A DNA stretch of 64,000 bases. It comes from an uncultured Eubacteriales bacterium (lineage in GTDB: Bacteria; Bacillota; Clostridia; Christensenellales; CAG-138). The translations under genes and the position numbers were made by a program. The notes under the pieces are model-generated. The model was not told the DNA's origin, searched no databases, and saw nothing but the letters and a program-made list of their open reading frames with translations. The stretch is from contig CADBYI010000008.1 in NCBI GenBank assembly GCA_902798825.1, forward strand, positions 207 through 64,206, given 5' to 3'. Below are positions 47,064 to 59,535 of the stretch, one piece after another; position 1 is the stretch's first letter; each line of letters begins with the position of its first letter.

Positions 47064-47678
47064 TTACCGGCGGCCCCGCAGCCGCGTCAGCAGCCCCTCC
47101 GTCTCGGAAAACCAATCGCTTTCGGGCTTCTTTTCCGTCTCCTTCTCCTCCTCCGGCGCCTCCGGCAGGGGCGGATGAAGGATGCTCTCGTATGCCTCCC
47201 CCGCGTGCCGGACCAGCAGCCCAAAGTCAGCCGCCCGCCAGGCGGTGTCGGCGGGCTCGGATGCTTCCTCCGGCTCCGTGGTCGGTTCCGGCTCGGGTGC
47301 GGGCGTCGGGCTCGGCTCGGATACGGGCGCTCTATCCGGCTCCACGGGCGGCTCCGGTTCCGGCTCCTCTGCCGGCGCAGGCGCCGAGGCGGGTTCCGGG
47401 TCCGGCGCGGGCTTCCCCCGCTTCAGCCGGTACAGCAGCTCCCCTTCCGTGAGCTTCGCCCCGGGGACCGCGCCCCAGGCCGCCAGCGTTTCCCCGTTCA
47501 GCACCGCCGCCCCCAGGGCCCGGGCGGGCAGGGGCGTTTCGTCGTCGCTGAGAACAAGGGCGGTATCGTCCTCCAGCAGGAGCGTGCAGGGGCAGGTGCT
47601 TCTGACCTTGCCGTTCTCCAGCCGCACGCAGCCCGCCGCCTTGCCCCCTTCGTCCTTCAACACAAAATAGGTGATCAT
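47064..47678 (-). CDS. hypothetical protein with Pro/Glu-rich central linker
   Basis: Start at MITYFVLKDEGG (RBS ggagggcaaagga); the longer ORF-track start overlaps the divergent S4 gene. No recognised domain. Confidence 0.55.
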   Translation of the reverse strand: MITYFVLKDEGGKAAGCVRLENGKVRSTCPCTLLLEDDTALVLSDDETPLPARALGAAVLNGETLAAWGAVPGAKLTEGELLYRLKRGKPAPDPEPASAPAPAEEPEPEPPVEPDRAPVSEPSPTPAPEPEPTTEPEEASEPADTAWRAADFGLLVRHAGEAYESILHPPLPEAPEEEKETEKKPESDWFSETEGLLTRLRGRR

Positions 47679-47772
47679 TCCTTTGCCTCCCTCACGCAGT
47701 TTATTCCTATTGTATCCGGACCGATTTCGTAGTATGATAAATCGATCAAAGAACACAGAAAAGGAAAGAGCT

Positions 47773-48021
47773 ATGCGTCTTGACAAATTCCTGAAGGTCT
47801 CCCGCATCATCAAGCGGCGGACCGTGGCCAACGAGGCGGCCGGTGCGGGCCGCATCAGCATCAACGGCAAGGTGGCCAAGCCCGCCAGCGAGGTCAAGCC
47901 CGGGGACACCCTGGACATCCTGCTGGGGGGCCGGCACATGCTGGTGAAGGTGAATGCCACCCCCGAGGTGGTCCGCAAGGAGGAGGCGGACGGGCTCTAC
48001 ACCGTCCTGCCCGAAGCATGA
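47773..48021 (+). CDS. RNA-binding S4-domain protein (YabO/Hsp15-like)
   Basis: MRLDKFLKVSRIIKRRTVANEAAGAGRISINGKVAKPASEVKPGD is a canonical S4 motif. The stop overlaps the ispDF start. Confidence 0.85.
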   Translation: MRLDKFLKVSRIIKRRTVANEAAGAGRISINGKVAKPASEVKPGDTLDILLGGRHMLVKVNATPEVVRKEEADGLYTVLPEA

Positions 48022-49127
48022 GCTGCATCGGCATCCTGCTCTGCGGCGGCAGCAGCCAGCGCATGGGCTTCAACAAGCTCACCGCCCCCCTGGGGGGCGA
48101 GAGCGCCCTGCAGCGCAGCGCCGCCCTGTTGGCGCAAAGCGGCTGTCACCGGCTGGTGATCGCCGTCACCGAGGACACCCGCCCCGGGGCGGAAGCCCTG
48201 AACGTGGCCGTGCCCGTGACCATCTGCGCCGGGGGGGAGACCCGGGGGCAGTCGGTGCTGAACGCCCTTCGCGCCGCCGACAGCCAGCCGGGGGACATCG
48301 CCGTCATCCACGACGCCGCCCGATGTTTCCAGACCCAGGCCGCTGTCCGCGCCGCCATAGACAGCGCCCAACGGACCGGCAGCGGCGTGGCGGCCTTACC
48401 CATGGCGGACTCCGTGTTTGAACGGGAGACCCAGCGGCCCCTGGACCGGTCCAAAATGGTCCGCACCCAGACCCCCCAGGCGTTTCGATTCGATCGTATC
48501 CTGTCCGCCTATGAGCAGACCGGGGACCAGGCCGCCACGGACGACGCCGCCCTTTACGCCAAATACGTCGGCCCCGTGACCTTCACCCCCGGCAGCGAGC
48601 TGGGTCGAAAGCTGACCACCCCGGAGGACTGGGCCTGGGCCAAGGCCATGGTGTCCGTTCCCCGGACCGGCATGGGTTTCGACACCCACGTTTTGGGCGA
48701 GGGCCGCAAATTGATCCTGGGCGGGGTGGAGATCCCCTTTGAAAAGGGGCTCGTCGCCCACTCCGACGGGGACGTGCTCCTGCACGCCCTGATGGACGCC
48801 CTTCTCGGCGCAACCTCCCTGGGGGACATCGGCCATCTGTTCCCCGACAGGGACCCCCAGTATGCGGGCATCTCCAGCCGTGTCCTGCTGCGCCAGGTGG
48901 CAGACTGTCTCCGGGAGGGGGGATTCACCGTGATCCATGTGGACGTGACGGTGATCTGTCAACGGCCCAAGCTGGCCCCCTACTTTCCCCAAGCCCGGCA
49001 GAACATAGCCGCCGATTTGGGCATTTCCGAAGACGGGGTCTCCCTCAAGGCCACCACCACCGAGGGCATGAACGACGAGGGCCGGGGCCTGTGTATCAGC
49101 GCCCAGGCCGTCGCCACCGTCCTGTAG
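48018..49127 (+). CDS. ispDF: bifunctional MEP cytidylyltransferase / MEcPP synthase (IspD-IspF fusion)
   Basis: N-terminal IspD motif LLCGGSSQRMG. The C-terminal IspF region is GMGFDTHVLGEGRKLILGGVEIPFEKGLVAHSDGDVLLHAL. Confidence 0.9.
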   Translation: MSCIGILLCGGSSQRMGFNKLTAPLGGESALQRSAALLAQSGCHRLVIAVTEDTRPGAEALNVAVPVTICAGGETRGQSVLNALRAADSQPGDIAVIHDAARCFQTQAAVRAAIDSAQRTGSGVAALPMADSVFERETQRPLDRSKMVRTQTPQAFRFDRILSAYEQTGDQAATDDAALYAKYVGPVTFTPGSELGRKLTTPEDWAWAKAMVSVPRTGMGFDTHVLGEGRKLILGGVEIPFEKGLVAHSDGDVLLHALMDALLGATSLGDIGHLFPDRDPQYAGISSRVLLRQVADCLREGGFTVIHVDVTVICQRPKLAPYFPQARQNIAADLGISEDGVSLKATTTEGMNDEGRGLCISAQAVATVL

Positions 49128-49148
49128 CTCTCCGTTTTTCAAACACGC

Positions 49149-49184
49149 AAAAAGCCTGCCGGAATCCGTTCCGACAGGCTTTTC
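49149..49184. terminator. intrinsic terminator between convergent genes
   Basis: aaaagcctgccgg-aatccgtt-ccgacaggctttt. Confidence 0.75.
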
Positions 49185-49208
49185 TTTGCATATGAGATTT
49201 GGTTTGCT

Positions 49209-50966
49209 TCAGCTTGCGTGGCCTTCAGTGGCTGCTTTCTCAGCGGCCTGGACCTTTTTAAGCTCCTCTTCCTCCAGCACCCGGTAGGCCACCTTCCCCA
49301 CCAGGGTCTTGGGCATGTCGTCCTTGAACTCGATGTCGTAGGGCATGGCGTACTTGGCGATGTGCTTGCGACAGTAGTCCAGCAGCTCCTGCTTCGTCTC
49401 CTCCGTGGCGGGCACGTCCGCCGCCAGCTTCACGAAGGCCTCCACCTTCTGCATCCGGTAGGGATCGGGCACGCCGATGACGCAGCTCATCTGCACCTTC
49501 TCGTGGGCGTCCAGGATGTTCTCCAGCTGGCCGGGGTAGACGTTGTAGCCGGAGGAGATGATCATGCGCTTGGCACGGCCTCGGAAGTAGATGAAGCCCT
49601 CGTCGTCCATGGTGCCCAAGTCCCCGGTATAGACCCAGATGAGGCCGTCGGGGTGGCGGCGCAGGGTCTGCGCCGTCTCCTCGGGATGCTTCATGTATTC
49701 CTTCATGACCGTGGGCCCAGCCAGCAGGATCTCCCCCTCCTGGCCATAGGGCAACTCCTCCTCGGTGCCGGGGGTCACGATCTTGATGTAGGTGTCCGGG
49801 AAGGGGATGCCGATGCTCCCCTCCTTGAACATGGTGGGCGGCGTCAGACAGCAGGCAGTGACGGTCTCGGTGGTGCCGTAGCCCTCCCGGACCTGGATGG
49901 TGGCGTGGTGGTCGTAAAGGAACTTGTCCAGCTTCTTCTTGAGCTCGATGGAAAGGGAATCGCCCCCGGAGAACACGCCCTTGAGGCAGCTTAAGTCCGC
50001 CCCGTCCATGGAGGGGAGCCGCAGCAGCGCCTCATAGAGGGTGGGTACGCCGGCGATGAAGTTGCAGCGATATTTGGTGATGAGCTTGGCGTAGCTCTGG
50101 GCCGTGAACCGGGGCACCAGGATGCACCGGCCTCCCTGAGCCAGCATGGAGTGGATGCACACGCCCAGCCCGAATCCGTGGAACAGGGGCATGGCGGAGA
50201 GCATCTTGTCCCCGGGCCGGAACATGGGGTTGGTGGCCACGATCTGCTGGGACAGGGCGTTGAAGTTTTTGTTGGTCAGCACGATGCCCTTGGTGGTGCC
50301 GGTGGTGCCGCCGGAGTAGAGGATGACGGCGGGATCGTCGGATAGGCGCTCTACCTTGTAGCGATAGAAGCAGGCCCGGCTCAGCCGCAGAAACTCGTGC
50401 CAGCGGATGACGGGGGCCTCCTTGGGGATCTTCTTGATCTTCCGGCCCTCGGTGAGCATATAGCCCGCCTTGATGGGCTGGGACAGGGCATCCTTCACAG
50501 AGGCGATGATGATGTTCACCACCTTGGTGTTCTCCCGGACGGCCTCGAACTTGTGGTAGAACTGGTCCAGGGTGATGGCGGTGACGGACTCGGATTCGTT
50601 CAGATAGAACTCGATCTCCTTCTCCGCCGACAGGGGATGGATCATGTTGGCCACGGCCCCCACCAGGTTCACCGCATAGAACATATAGATGGCCTGGGGG
50701 CAGTTGGGCATGGCGATGGTGACCCGATCGTTCTCCCGAACGCCGATGGTCTTGAGGGCCCTGGCGCAGCGCTCGATCTCGCCGATGAGCTCCTTGTAGG
50801 TGGTGGACCTGCCCATAAAGTCGAAGGCCACGTAGTTGGGGTACCGGGCGGCGATGTCCGCCACCTTGTCGAACATAGACCCCTCAAAGTAGTCAAGGTG
50901 CAGGGGGATATCCCGCATGAAGGGCGCCCAGGGCGTCCTGGCCGTGATGGTGTTTGTTGTTTCCAT
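49209..50966 (-). CDS. AMP-dependent synthetase/ligase (long-chain fatty-acid--CoA ligase-like)
   Basis: 585 aa. AMP-binding motif ILYSGGTTGTTKGIV, plus GYGTTE and YTGDLG motifs. Confidence 0.85.
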   Translation of the reverse strand: METTNTITARTPWAPFMRDIPLHLDYFEGSMFDKVADIAARYPNYVAFDFMGRSTTYKELIGEIERCARALKTIGVRENDRVTIAMPNCPQAIYMFYAVNLVGAVANMIHPLSAEKEIEFYLNESESVTAITLDQFYHKFEAVRENTKVVNIIIASVKDALSQPIKAGYMLTEGRKIKKIPKEAPVIRWHEFLRLSRACFYRYKVERLSDDPAVILYSGGTTGTTKGIVLTNKNFNALSQQIVATNPMFRPGDKMLSAMPLFHGFGLGVCIHSMLAQGGRCILVPRFTAQSYAKLITKYRCNFIAGVPTLYEALLRLPSMDGADLSCLKGVFSGGDSLSIELKKKLDKFLYDHHATIQVREGYGTTETVTACCLTPPTMFKEGSIGIPFPDTYIKIVTPGTEEELPYGQEGEILLAGPTVMKEYMKHPEETAQTLRRHPDGLIWVYTGDLGTMDDEGFIYFRGRAKRMIISSGYNVYPGQLENILDAHEKVQMSCVIGVPDPYRMQKVEAFVKLAADVPATEETKQELLDYCRKHIAKYAMPYDIEFKDDMPKTLVGKVAYRVLEEEELKKVQAAEKAATEGHAS

Positions 50967-51171
50967 AGCTTTCTTTCCTTACATTCGATCTGCGGATCCA
51001 TGAAGCTTCAAAAATTCGCAGTTTTCACCATATTACCCTGTCCGTTTTCTTTCGTCAATGGGGTAAAACATATCCGTTGCCCATTGTCCCTTCGTTTTTT
51101 TTCTGCTATACTGCTCTACATATTGAACTCTCTGCAAAGAAAGATAAACTCACGCGACAAAAGGTAGGACC

Positions 51172-54021
<2,850 letters not shown>

Positions 54022-54072
54022 AAGAAAGGTGCAGCCAAAGAACATTCAGGAAGGGAATAGGCTACGTTTGCT

Positions 54073-54822
54073 TTGAAATTTATGCGTGCAATGTGCATCA
54101 TCATCGGCAGCTTCCTGGTGCTGGACACGATCATCGTATGCTTCCTGTCCAACTATAACCTGGGCGTGATCCTGCCCGCCGTGCTGGGGCTGCCCCTGCT
54201 GCTGTTGGGCCTGTTCTGGGGCAGCATGGACGCCGGGCTTCTCCTGTTTCTGCGCCGGACGATCCTGGTCTGCTACGGCCTCGGGTGTTTGTTTTTGCTG
54301 TTCCTGGGCTCATTGATGCTCCGGGCCATCGACCGGGGCGAGCACGGGGACTACGACGCCCTGATCGTTCTCGGTGCCGCGGTCCATGGGGACCGGGTCA
54401 CCTGGGTCCTGAGCAACCGGCTGGACACGGCCTATGACTACGCCGTCGCCCATCCCGACACCGTTCTGGTGGTGTCCGGCGGCCAGGGGGACGGGGAATC
54501 CGTCACCGAGGCCTCCGCCATGGCCGGCTACCTCACCCGCCGGGGCATCGATCCCGCCCGCGTCCTGCTGGAGGACCGGGCCGAAAGCACCGCGGAGAAC
54601 TTCGCCTACAGCAAGGCCCTCATCGACGAGAAGCTGGGGCCCGATGCCTCCATCGGCTTCGTCACCACCCGATTCCACGTCTTTCGGGCCTCCCGGGTGG
54701 CTCAGAAGGGCGGCATCGACGCCCGGGGCCTGGGCGCGCCGGACGTATGGTACATCGCCATAAACAACTTCCTCCGGGAGTGTGTGGGCATCTGCTGGTA
54801 CACCCTGAAAGGGTGGATATAA
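54073..54822 (+). CDS. YdcF/DUF218 (ElyC/SanA-like) family membrane protein
   Basis: N-terminal TM helices, then ALIVLGAAVHGDRV ... VVSGGQGDGESVTEA ... EDRAESTAENF. The track start is a TTG; ATG alternatives are at 54082 and 54091. Confidence 0.75.
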   Translation: MKFMRAMCIIIGSFLVLDTIIVCFLSNYNLGVILPAVLGLPLLLLGLFWGSMDAGLLLFLRRTILVCYGLGCLFLLFLGSLMLRAIDRGEHGDYDALIVLGAAVHGDRVTWVLSNRLDTAYDYAVAHPDTVLVVSGGQGDGESVTEASAMAGYLTRRGIDPARVLLEDRAESTAENFAYSKALIDEKLGPDASIGFVTTRFHVFRASRVAQKGGIDARGLGAPDVWYIAINNFLRECVGICWYTLKGWI

Positions 54823-54826
54823 AGCC

Positions 54827-54855
54827 TTGACAATCCCGCCCAAAGATGGTACTTT
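54827..54855 (+). promoter_or_regulatory. putative sigma-70 promoter of the glycine-cleavage operon
   Basis: TTGACA (54827-54832), 17-nt spacer, TACTTT. Confidence 0.45.
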
Positions 54856-54879
54856 TGAGAGTGGAAAAACCGAATATGC

Positions 54880-55062
54880 TTCGGAAGATCGGCCCGGGAG
54901 AGACCGCCGGCAGGCGGCGCCGAAGGGGACACGCAAAAACTCTCAGGCAAAAGGATCGGGCCGGGACGAAGCTCCGGAAAGTGGGGGAAACCGCCCTCAC
55001 GCCGAAGGTGCAACCGGGCGAAGGGGGCCTTCGCCTCGGGAATCTCTCAGGCACAGAACGGA
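54880..55062 (+). promoter_or_regulatory. tandem glycine riboswitch (two aptamers)
   Basis: Aptamer 1: cgGGAGAGaccgcc...gCGCCGAAGGGGaCA...CTCTCAGGCAAAAGGAtc. Aptamer 2: cGGAAAGtggggg...CGCCGAAGGTGCAA...CTCTCAGGCAcAgaACGGAG. It lies directly upstream of gcvT. Confidence 0.85.
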
Positions 55063-55063
55063 G

Positions 55064-55098
55064 GCGCATATGCTCTTTGTGGCAGTATGCGCTTTTTT
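55064..55098 (+). terminator. riboswitch expression-platform terminator
   Basis: gcgcata-(15-nt loop)-tatgcgc followed by TTTTTTgTTT, 60 nt before the gcvT start. Confidence 0.7.
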
Positions 55099-55157
55099 GT
55101 TTCCCCGCGCAGGACGCGCATCCAATATACCCAATATAGTATAGCAGGAGGATTTTC

Positions 55158-57815
55158 ATGAGCGAGCTCAAACGGACCCAACTCTACGACGCCCACCTTG
55201 CGGCGGGCGCCACCATGGTGGATTTCGGCGGCTGGGAGATGCCCATCCAGTACCCCGAGGGCATCGTCGCCGAGCACCTGTTCACCCGGCACAGCTGCAG
55301 CCTCTTCGATGTGAGCCACATGGGGCGGCTCCGGGTGGAAGGCCCCGACACAGTGGCCTTTTTGCAGCACGTGCTGACCAGCAACGTCCAGGGATTGGAC
55401 CCGGACAAGGCCCAGTACTGCATCATCCCCGCGGCGGACGGCAGCGCCGTGGACGATGCGTACCTGTATCGGTTCTTCGAGGACTGGTACCTGCTGGTGG
55501 TCAACGCCGCCAACACGGACAAGGACCTGGCCCACCTGCTCCCCATCGCCAAGAACTTCGACGTGAAGATCACCAACATCTCCGCCGACTACGCCTCCAT
55601 CGCCGTCCAGGGCCCCAAGAGCCGGGATCTGCTCATGACCCTCTCCGGCGGCGTGGCCGTCACCGAGCCCATGAAGAACGCCCTGGGGGTGCTGCCTCTG
55701 GAGGGCCACGAGGCCTGGGTGGCCAAGACCGGCTACACCGGCGAGCCTCTGGGCTACGAGGTGTTCGTGAAGACCGCCGACGCCCGCTGGCTGTGGGATC
55801 GGCTGCTGGCGCTGGGCGCCAAGCCCGCTGGCCTGGGCGCCCGGGATACGCTGCGCCTGGAGGCCGGCATGCCCCTCTACGGCCATGAGATGGGCGTGGA
55901 CGCCGAGGGCAAGAACATGCCCATCTTCGCCGTGTCCCTGGCCCGGTTCGCCGTGTCCTTCTCCGAGCAGAAGGGCGACTTCATCGGCCGCAAGCCCCTG
56001 GAAGCCCAGGCGGCCGCCAACAAGCGCATTTTGAACCGGGACTTCGCCCCCGATGCCCTTCGTGCCCTGCCCCGCCGGATCCGGCCCATCACGCTGCTGG
56101 ATAGGGGCGTCATCCGCGCCGGCATGCCCGTCTACAAGGGCGAAAAACTGGTTGGCTTCGTCACCTCCGGCACCATGGTCCCCTACTACCAGGCCGAGGG
56201 CGAGGGCCTCTTCACCGCCATCCTGGACACCACCGCCAAGCGGTCCATCGGCATGGCCTTCATCGACAGCGACATCCTGGACTTCGAGGAGGTCACCGTG
56301 GACGTTCGCGGCAAGCGCCTTCGGGCCGGCATCCCCCCCTACCATATGCGGGTGGACGCGCCTCCCTTCGCCCGGCCCATCCTCTATGACAAGCTCCTCA
56401 TCGAGGAGAACAGCAAGTCCACCGGCGACAACACCCAGAAGGCCATCGACCTGCTGTACGCGGCCATCACCAATCACGAGTGGCGGCAGAACGCCTGCAT
56501 CAACCTGATCCCCTCGGAGAACACCCCCAGCAAGGCGGTCCAGCTCCTTTCGGCCAGCGACCCCTCCTTCCGGTACGCCGAGCACAAGAAGATCAAGTCC
56601 TTCTACGATGCGGACGTGTTCTACTATCAGGGCACCAAGTTCATCGACCGGGTGGAGCAGCTCCTGGTTCAGGAGATGCGCCGCTACTTCGGCTGCACCG
56701 AGGTGGAGACCCGGGTCATCTCCGGCCAGATGTCCAACATGGCGGTGTTCTCCGCCCTCATGGACTGGAAGAACCGGCTGGATCGGAAGCACACCCCCCA
56801 GCGTCTGGGCTACGTCCTCAACAACCACATCATCAAGGGCGGCCATCTGTCCGCCCAGCCCATGGGGGCGCTCCACGATTACATCGCCGTGGACCCCGTC
56901 ACCGAGCGCAGCGCCGTGGTGAACTTCCCCGTCTGCAAGGACAACATCTTCAAGATCGACGTGGAGAAGACCAAGGAGGTCATCGCGGAGTATAGGCCCG
57001 AGCTCATCATCTTCGGCAAGAGCATGGTGCTGCATAAGGAGCCCGTGGCCGCCATCCGCCAGTTCGTGGACGAGCAGGGCATCCCCACCACCATCATGTA
57101 CGACATGGCTCACGTGCTGGGCCTCATCGGCGACCACTTCCAGAAGCCCTTCGAAGAAGGCGCGGAGATCGTCACCGGCTCCACCCACAAGACCTTCTTC
57201 GGGCCCCAGCGTGGCGTCATCGGCACCAACTGGACCAAGGAGGACCTGAAGTACGGCCTCTGGAACACCATTGAGACCCGGGCCTTCCCCGGCAGCGTCT
57301 CCAACCACCACCTGGGCACCCAGCTGGGCTTCCTCATGGCGGCCTATGAGATGAACCAGTTCAAGGACGCCTACCAGGCGGCCATCATCGACAACGCCAA
57401 GTTCTTTGCCAAGGCCCTCAAGGCCCAGGGGCTGGACGTGAAGGGCGATCCCGCCATCGACTACACCGAGACTCACCAAGTCATCGTGGGCGTGGGTTAC
57501 GGCGAGGGCCCCGAGATCGCGGAGCGCCTGGAAAGGAACAACATCATCGTCAACTACCAGGCCACCCCCGACGAGGAGGGCTTCACCGCCTCCGGCGCCC
57601 TGCGCATGGGCATGAGCGAAATGACCCGCTTCGGCTTTGGCCATGCGGAATTCGAAAAGCTGGCGGAGCTCATGGCGGACTGCATCCTACGGAACAAGGA
57701 CATCCGGGATGAGGTCGTCGCTCTCCGCAGCGAGCATCTCGACATGCAGTACTGCTTCACCGACGCCGAGTTCGAGAAGGCCCTCGGGAAGCTCTCCACC
57801 CTCATTCAGAAATAA
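55158..57815 (+). CDS. gcvT: fusion protein: glycine-cleavage aminomethyltransferase (GcvT) + serine hydroxymethyltransferase-like PLP domain
   Basis: Residues 1 to about 395 are GcvT-like (LYDAHLAAGATMVDFGGWEMPIQY, FDVSHMGRL, TGYTGE). Residues from about 430 to 885 are SHMT-fold (NLIPSENTPSKAV, GSTHKTFFGPQRG with Lys codon at 57189-57191). One uninterrupted 885-codon ORF. Confidence 0.85.
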   Translation: MSELKRTQLYDAHLAAGATMVDFGGWEMPIQYPEGIVAEHLFTRHSCSLFDVSHMGRLRVEGPDTVAFLQHVLTSNVQGLDPDKAQYCIIPAADGSAVDDAYLYRFFEDWYLLVVNAANTDKDLAHLLPIAKNFDVKITNISADYASIAVQGPKSRDLLMTLSGGVAVTEPMKNALGVLPLEGHEAWVAKTGYTGEPLGYEVFVKTADARWLWDRLLALGAKPAGLGARDTLRLEAGMPLYGHEMGVDAEGKNMPIFAVSLARFAVSFSEQKGDFIGRKPLEAQAAANKRILNRDFAPDALRALPRRIRPITLLDRGVIRAGMPVYKGEKLVGFVTSGTMVPYYQAEGEGLFTAILDTTAKRSIGMAFIDSDILDFEEVTVDVRGKRLRAGIPPYHMRVDAPPFARPILYDKLLIEENSKSTGDNTQKAIDLLYAAITNHEWRQNACINLIPSENTPSKAVQLLSASDPSFRYAEHKKIKSFYDADVFYYQGTKFIDRVEQLLVQEMRRYFGCTEVETRVISGQMSNMAVFSALMDWKNRLDRKHTPQRLGYVLNNHIIKGGHLSAQPMGALHDYIAVDPVTERSAVVNFPVCKDNIFKIDVEKTKEVIAEYRPELIIFGKSMVLHKEPVAAIRQFVDEQGIPTTIMYDMAHVLGLIGDHFQKPFEEGAEIVTGSTHKTFFGPQRGVIGTNWTKEDLKYGLWNTIETRAFPGSVSNHHLGTQLGFLMAAYEMNQFKDAYQAAIIDNAKFFAKALKAQGLDVKGDPAIDYTETHQVIVGVGYGEGPEIAERLERNNIIVNYQATPDEEGFTASGALRMGMSEMTRFGFGHAEFEKLAELMADCILRNKDIRDEVVALRSEHLDMQYCFTDAEFEKALGKLSTLIQK

Positions 57816-57839
57816 AAATCATTTTAGGAGGATTTTATC

Positions 57840-58220
57840 ATGGCTACTATCAATCCCGATCTCAAGTACTCCAAGTCCCATGAGTGGGTCCGCATGGACG
57901 GCGACGTGGCCGTCATCGGCATCTCCGACTTTGCCCAGGACGCTTTGGGCGATCTGGTGTTCGTGAATCTGCCCCAGGTGGGGGACGACGTGACCGCCGG
58001 CGAAGCCTTCGGCGACGTGGAGTCCGTCAAGGCCGTGTCCGATTTGATGAGCCCCGTGACCGGCACCGTCTGCGAAATCAACGAGGAGCTGCTGGACGCC
58101 CCCGAAGCCCTCAACAACGACCCCTACGGCGCCTGGATCATCAAGGTGGAGAACATCACCGGCACCGAGGAGCTGCTGGACGCCGCCGCTTACGAAGCCC
58201 ACTGCGCCGCGGAGGCATAA
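57840..58220 (+). CDS. gcvH: glycine cleavage system H protein
   Basis: 126 aa. YSKSHEWV, with lipoyl-lysine motif ESVKAVSD. Confidence 0.95.
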   Translation: MATINPDLKYSKSHEWVRMDGDVAVIGISDFAQDALGDLVFVNLPQVGDDVTAGEAFGDVESVKAVSDLMSPVTGTVCEINEELLDAPEALNNDPYGAWIIKVENITGTEELLDAAAYEAHCAAEA

Positions 58221-58221
58221 G

Positions 58222-59535
58222 ATGGGCAGCTACGTTCCTTCCACCCGGGAACAGCGGCAGGAGATGCTCAGCGCCATCGGGCTCAAGGAGTTCAGGGACC
58301 TCTACCGGGACGTGCCCGAGAGCATGTACCTGGACCGTCCCCTGGACTTGCCCGAGGGCCTGAGCGAGCTGGAGGTGAGCCGGGCCCTCAACGCCATGGC
58401 GAAAAAGAACCGGGTCTACGACGCCATCCTTCGGGGCGCCGGCGCCTATGACCACTACATCCCCAGCATCGTCAAGTACATCCCCGCCAAGGAGGAGTTC
58501 CTCACCGCCTACACGCCCTACCAGGCCGAGATGAGCCAGGGCGTGCTCCAATCCATCTTCGAATACCAGACCGAGATCTGCGAGCTCACCGGCATGGACG
58601 TAAGTAACGCCTCCGTCTACGACGGGGCCACCGCCGCCGCCGAGGCCTGCGCCATGGTCCGGGATCGCAAGCGCCGCGTCACCCTGATCTCCGGCGCCGC
58701 CCATCCCGACGTCATCAACACCGTCCGCACCTACTGCTACGGCACCAACGATGAGGTGCGGGTCATCCCCGCCAAGGACGGCAAGACGGACATGGACGCC
58801 CTCAAGGCCATGCTGACAGCTGAGGTCTCCGCGGTCTATGTGCAGCAGCCCAACTTCTTCGGTCTCTTTGAGGACGCCGAGGCCATGGCCGCTTCCGTCC
58901 ACGAGGCGGGTGCCCTGTACATCCTGGGCGTGAACCCCATCGCCCTCGGCATCATGAAGACCCCCCGGGATATGGGCGCGGACGTGGCCGTGGGCGAAGG
59001 CCAGCCCCTGGGGCTTCCCCTGGGCTACGGCGGCCCGTACCTGGGCTTCATGGCCACCACCACGAAGCATATGCGCAAGCTCCCCGGCCGCATCGTGGGC
59101 GAGACCACGGACGATCAGGGGAACCGCGCCTACGTTCTGTCCCTCCAGGCCCGGGAGCAGCACATCCGCCGGGAGAAGGCCGGCAGCAACATCTGCTCCA
59201 ACGAGGCTCTCTGCGCCTTGACCGCCGGGGTCTACCTGGCGGCCATGGGCCCTGCGGGGCTCAAGGAGGTGGCCGAAGCCTCCATGGCCAAGGCCCATTA
59301 CCTGTGCGGCGAGCTGTGCAAGCTTCCCGGCGTGAAGCTCCGCTATGAGGGGCCCTTCTTCCACGAGTTCCTGCTGGATATGCCCAAGGCGGACGAAATC
59401 CTGGCGGCTCTCGACGAAAAGAACGTTCTGGGCGGCCTGCCCTATGAAGGCGGCGTCCTCTGGTGCGCCACGGAGAAGGTATCCAAACAAACGCTGGACG
59501 ACGTGGTCGCCGTCGTAAAGGGGGTGCTGGCATGA
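58222..59535 (+). CDS. gcvPA: glycine dehydrogenase (decarboxylating) subunit 1
   Basis: 437 aa. AYDHYIPS, TPYQAEMSQGVLQ. Confidence 0.95.
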   Translation: MGSYVPSTREQRQEMLSAIGLKEFRDLYRDVPESMYLDRPLDLPEGLSELEVSRALNAMAKKNRVYDAILRGAGAYDHYIPSIVKYIPAKEEFLTAYTPYQAEMSQGVLQSIFEYQTEICELTGMDVSNASVYDGATAAAEACAMVRDRKRRVTLISGAAHPDVINTVRTYCYGTNDEVRVIPAKDGKTDMDALKAMLTAEVSAVYVQQPNFFGLFEDAEAMAASVHEAGALYILGVNPIALGIMKTPRDMGADVAVGEGQPLGLPLGYGGPYLGFMATTTKHMRKLPGRIVGETTDDQGNRAYVLSLQAREQHIRREKAGSNICSNEALCALTAGVYLAAMGPAGLKEVAEASMAKAHYLCGELCKLPGVKLRYEGPFFHEFLLDMPKADEILAALDEKNVLGGLPYEGGVLWCATEKVSKQTLDDVVAVVKGVLA

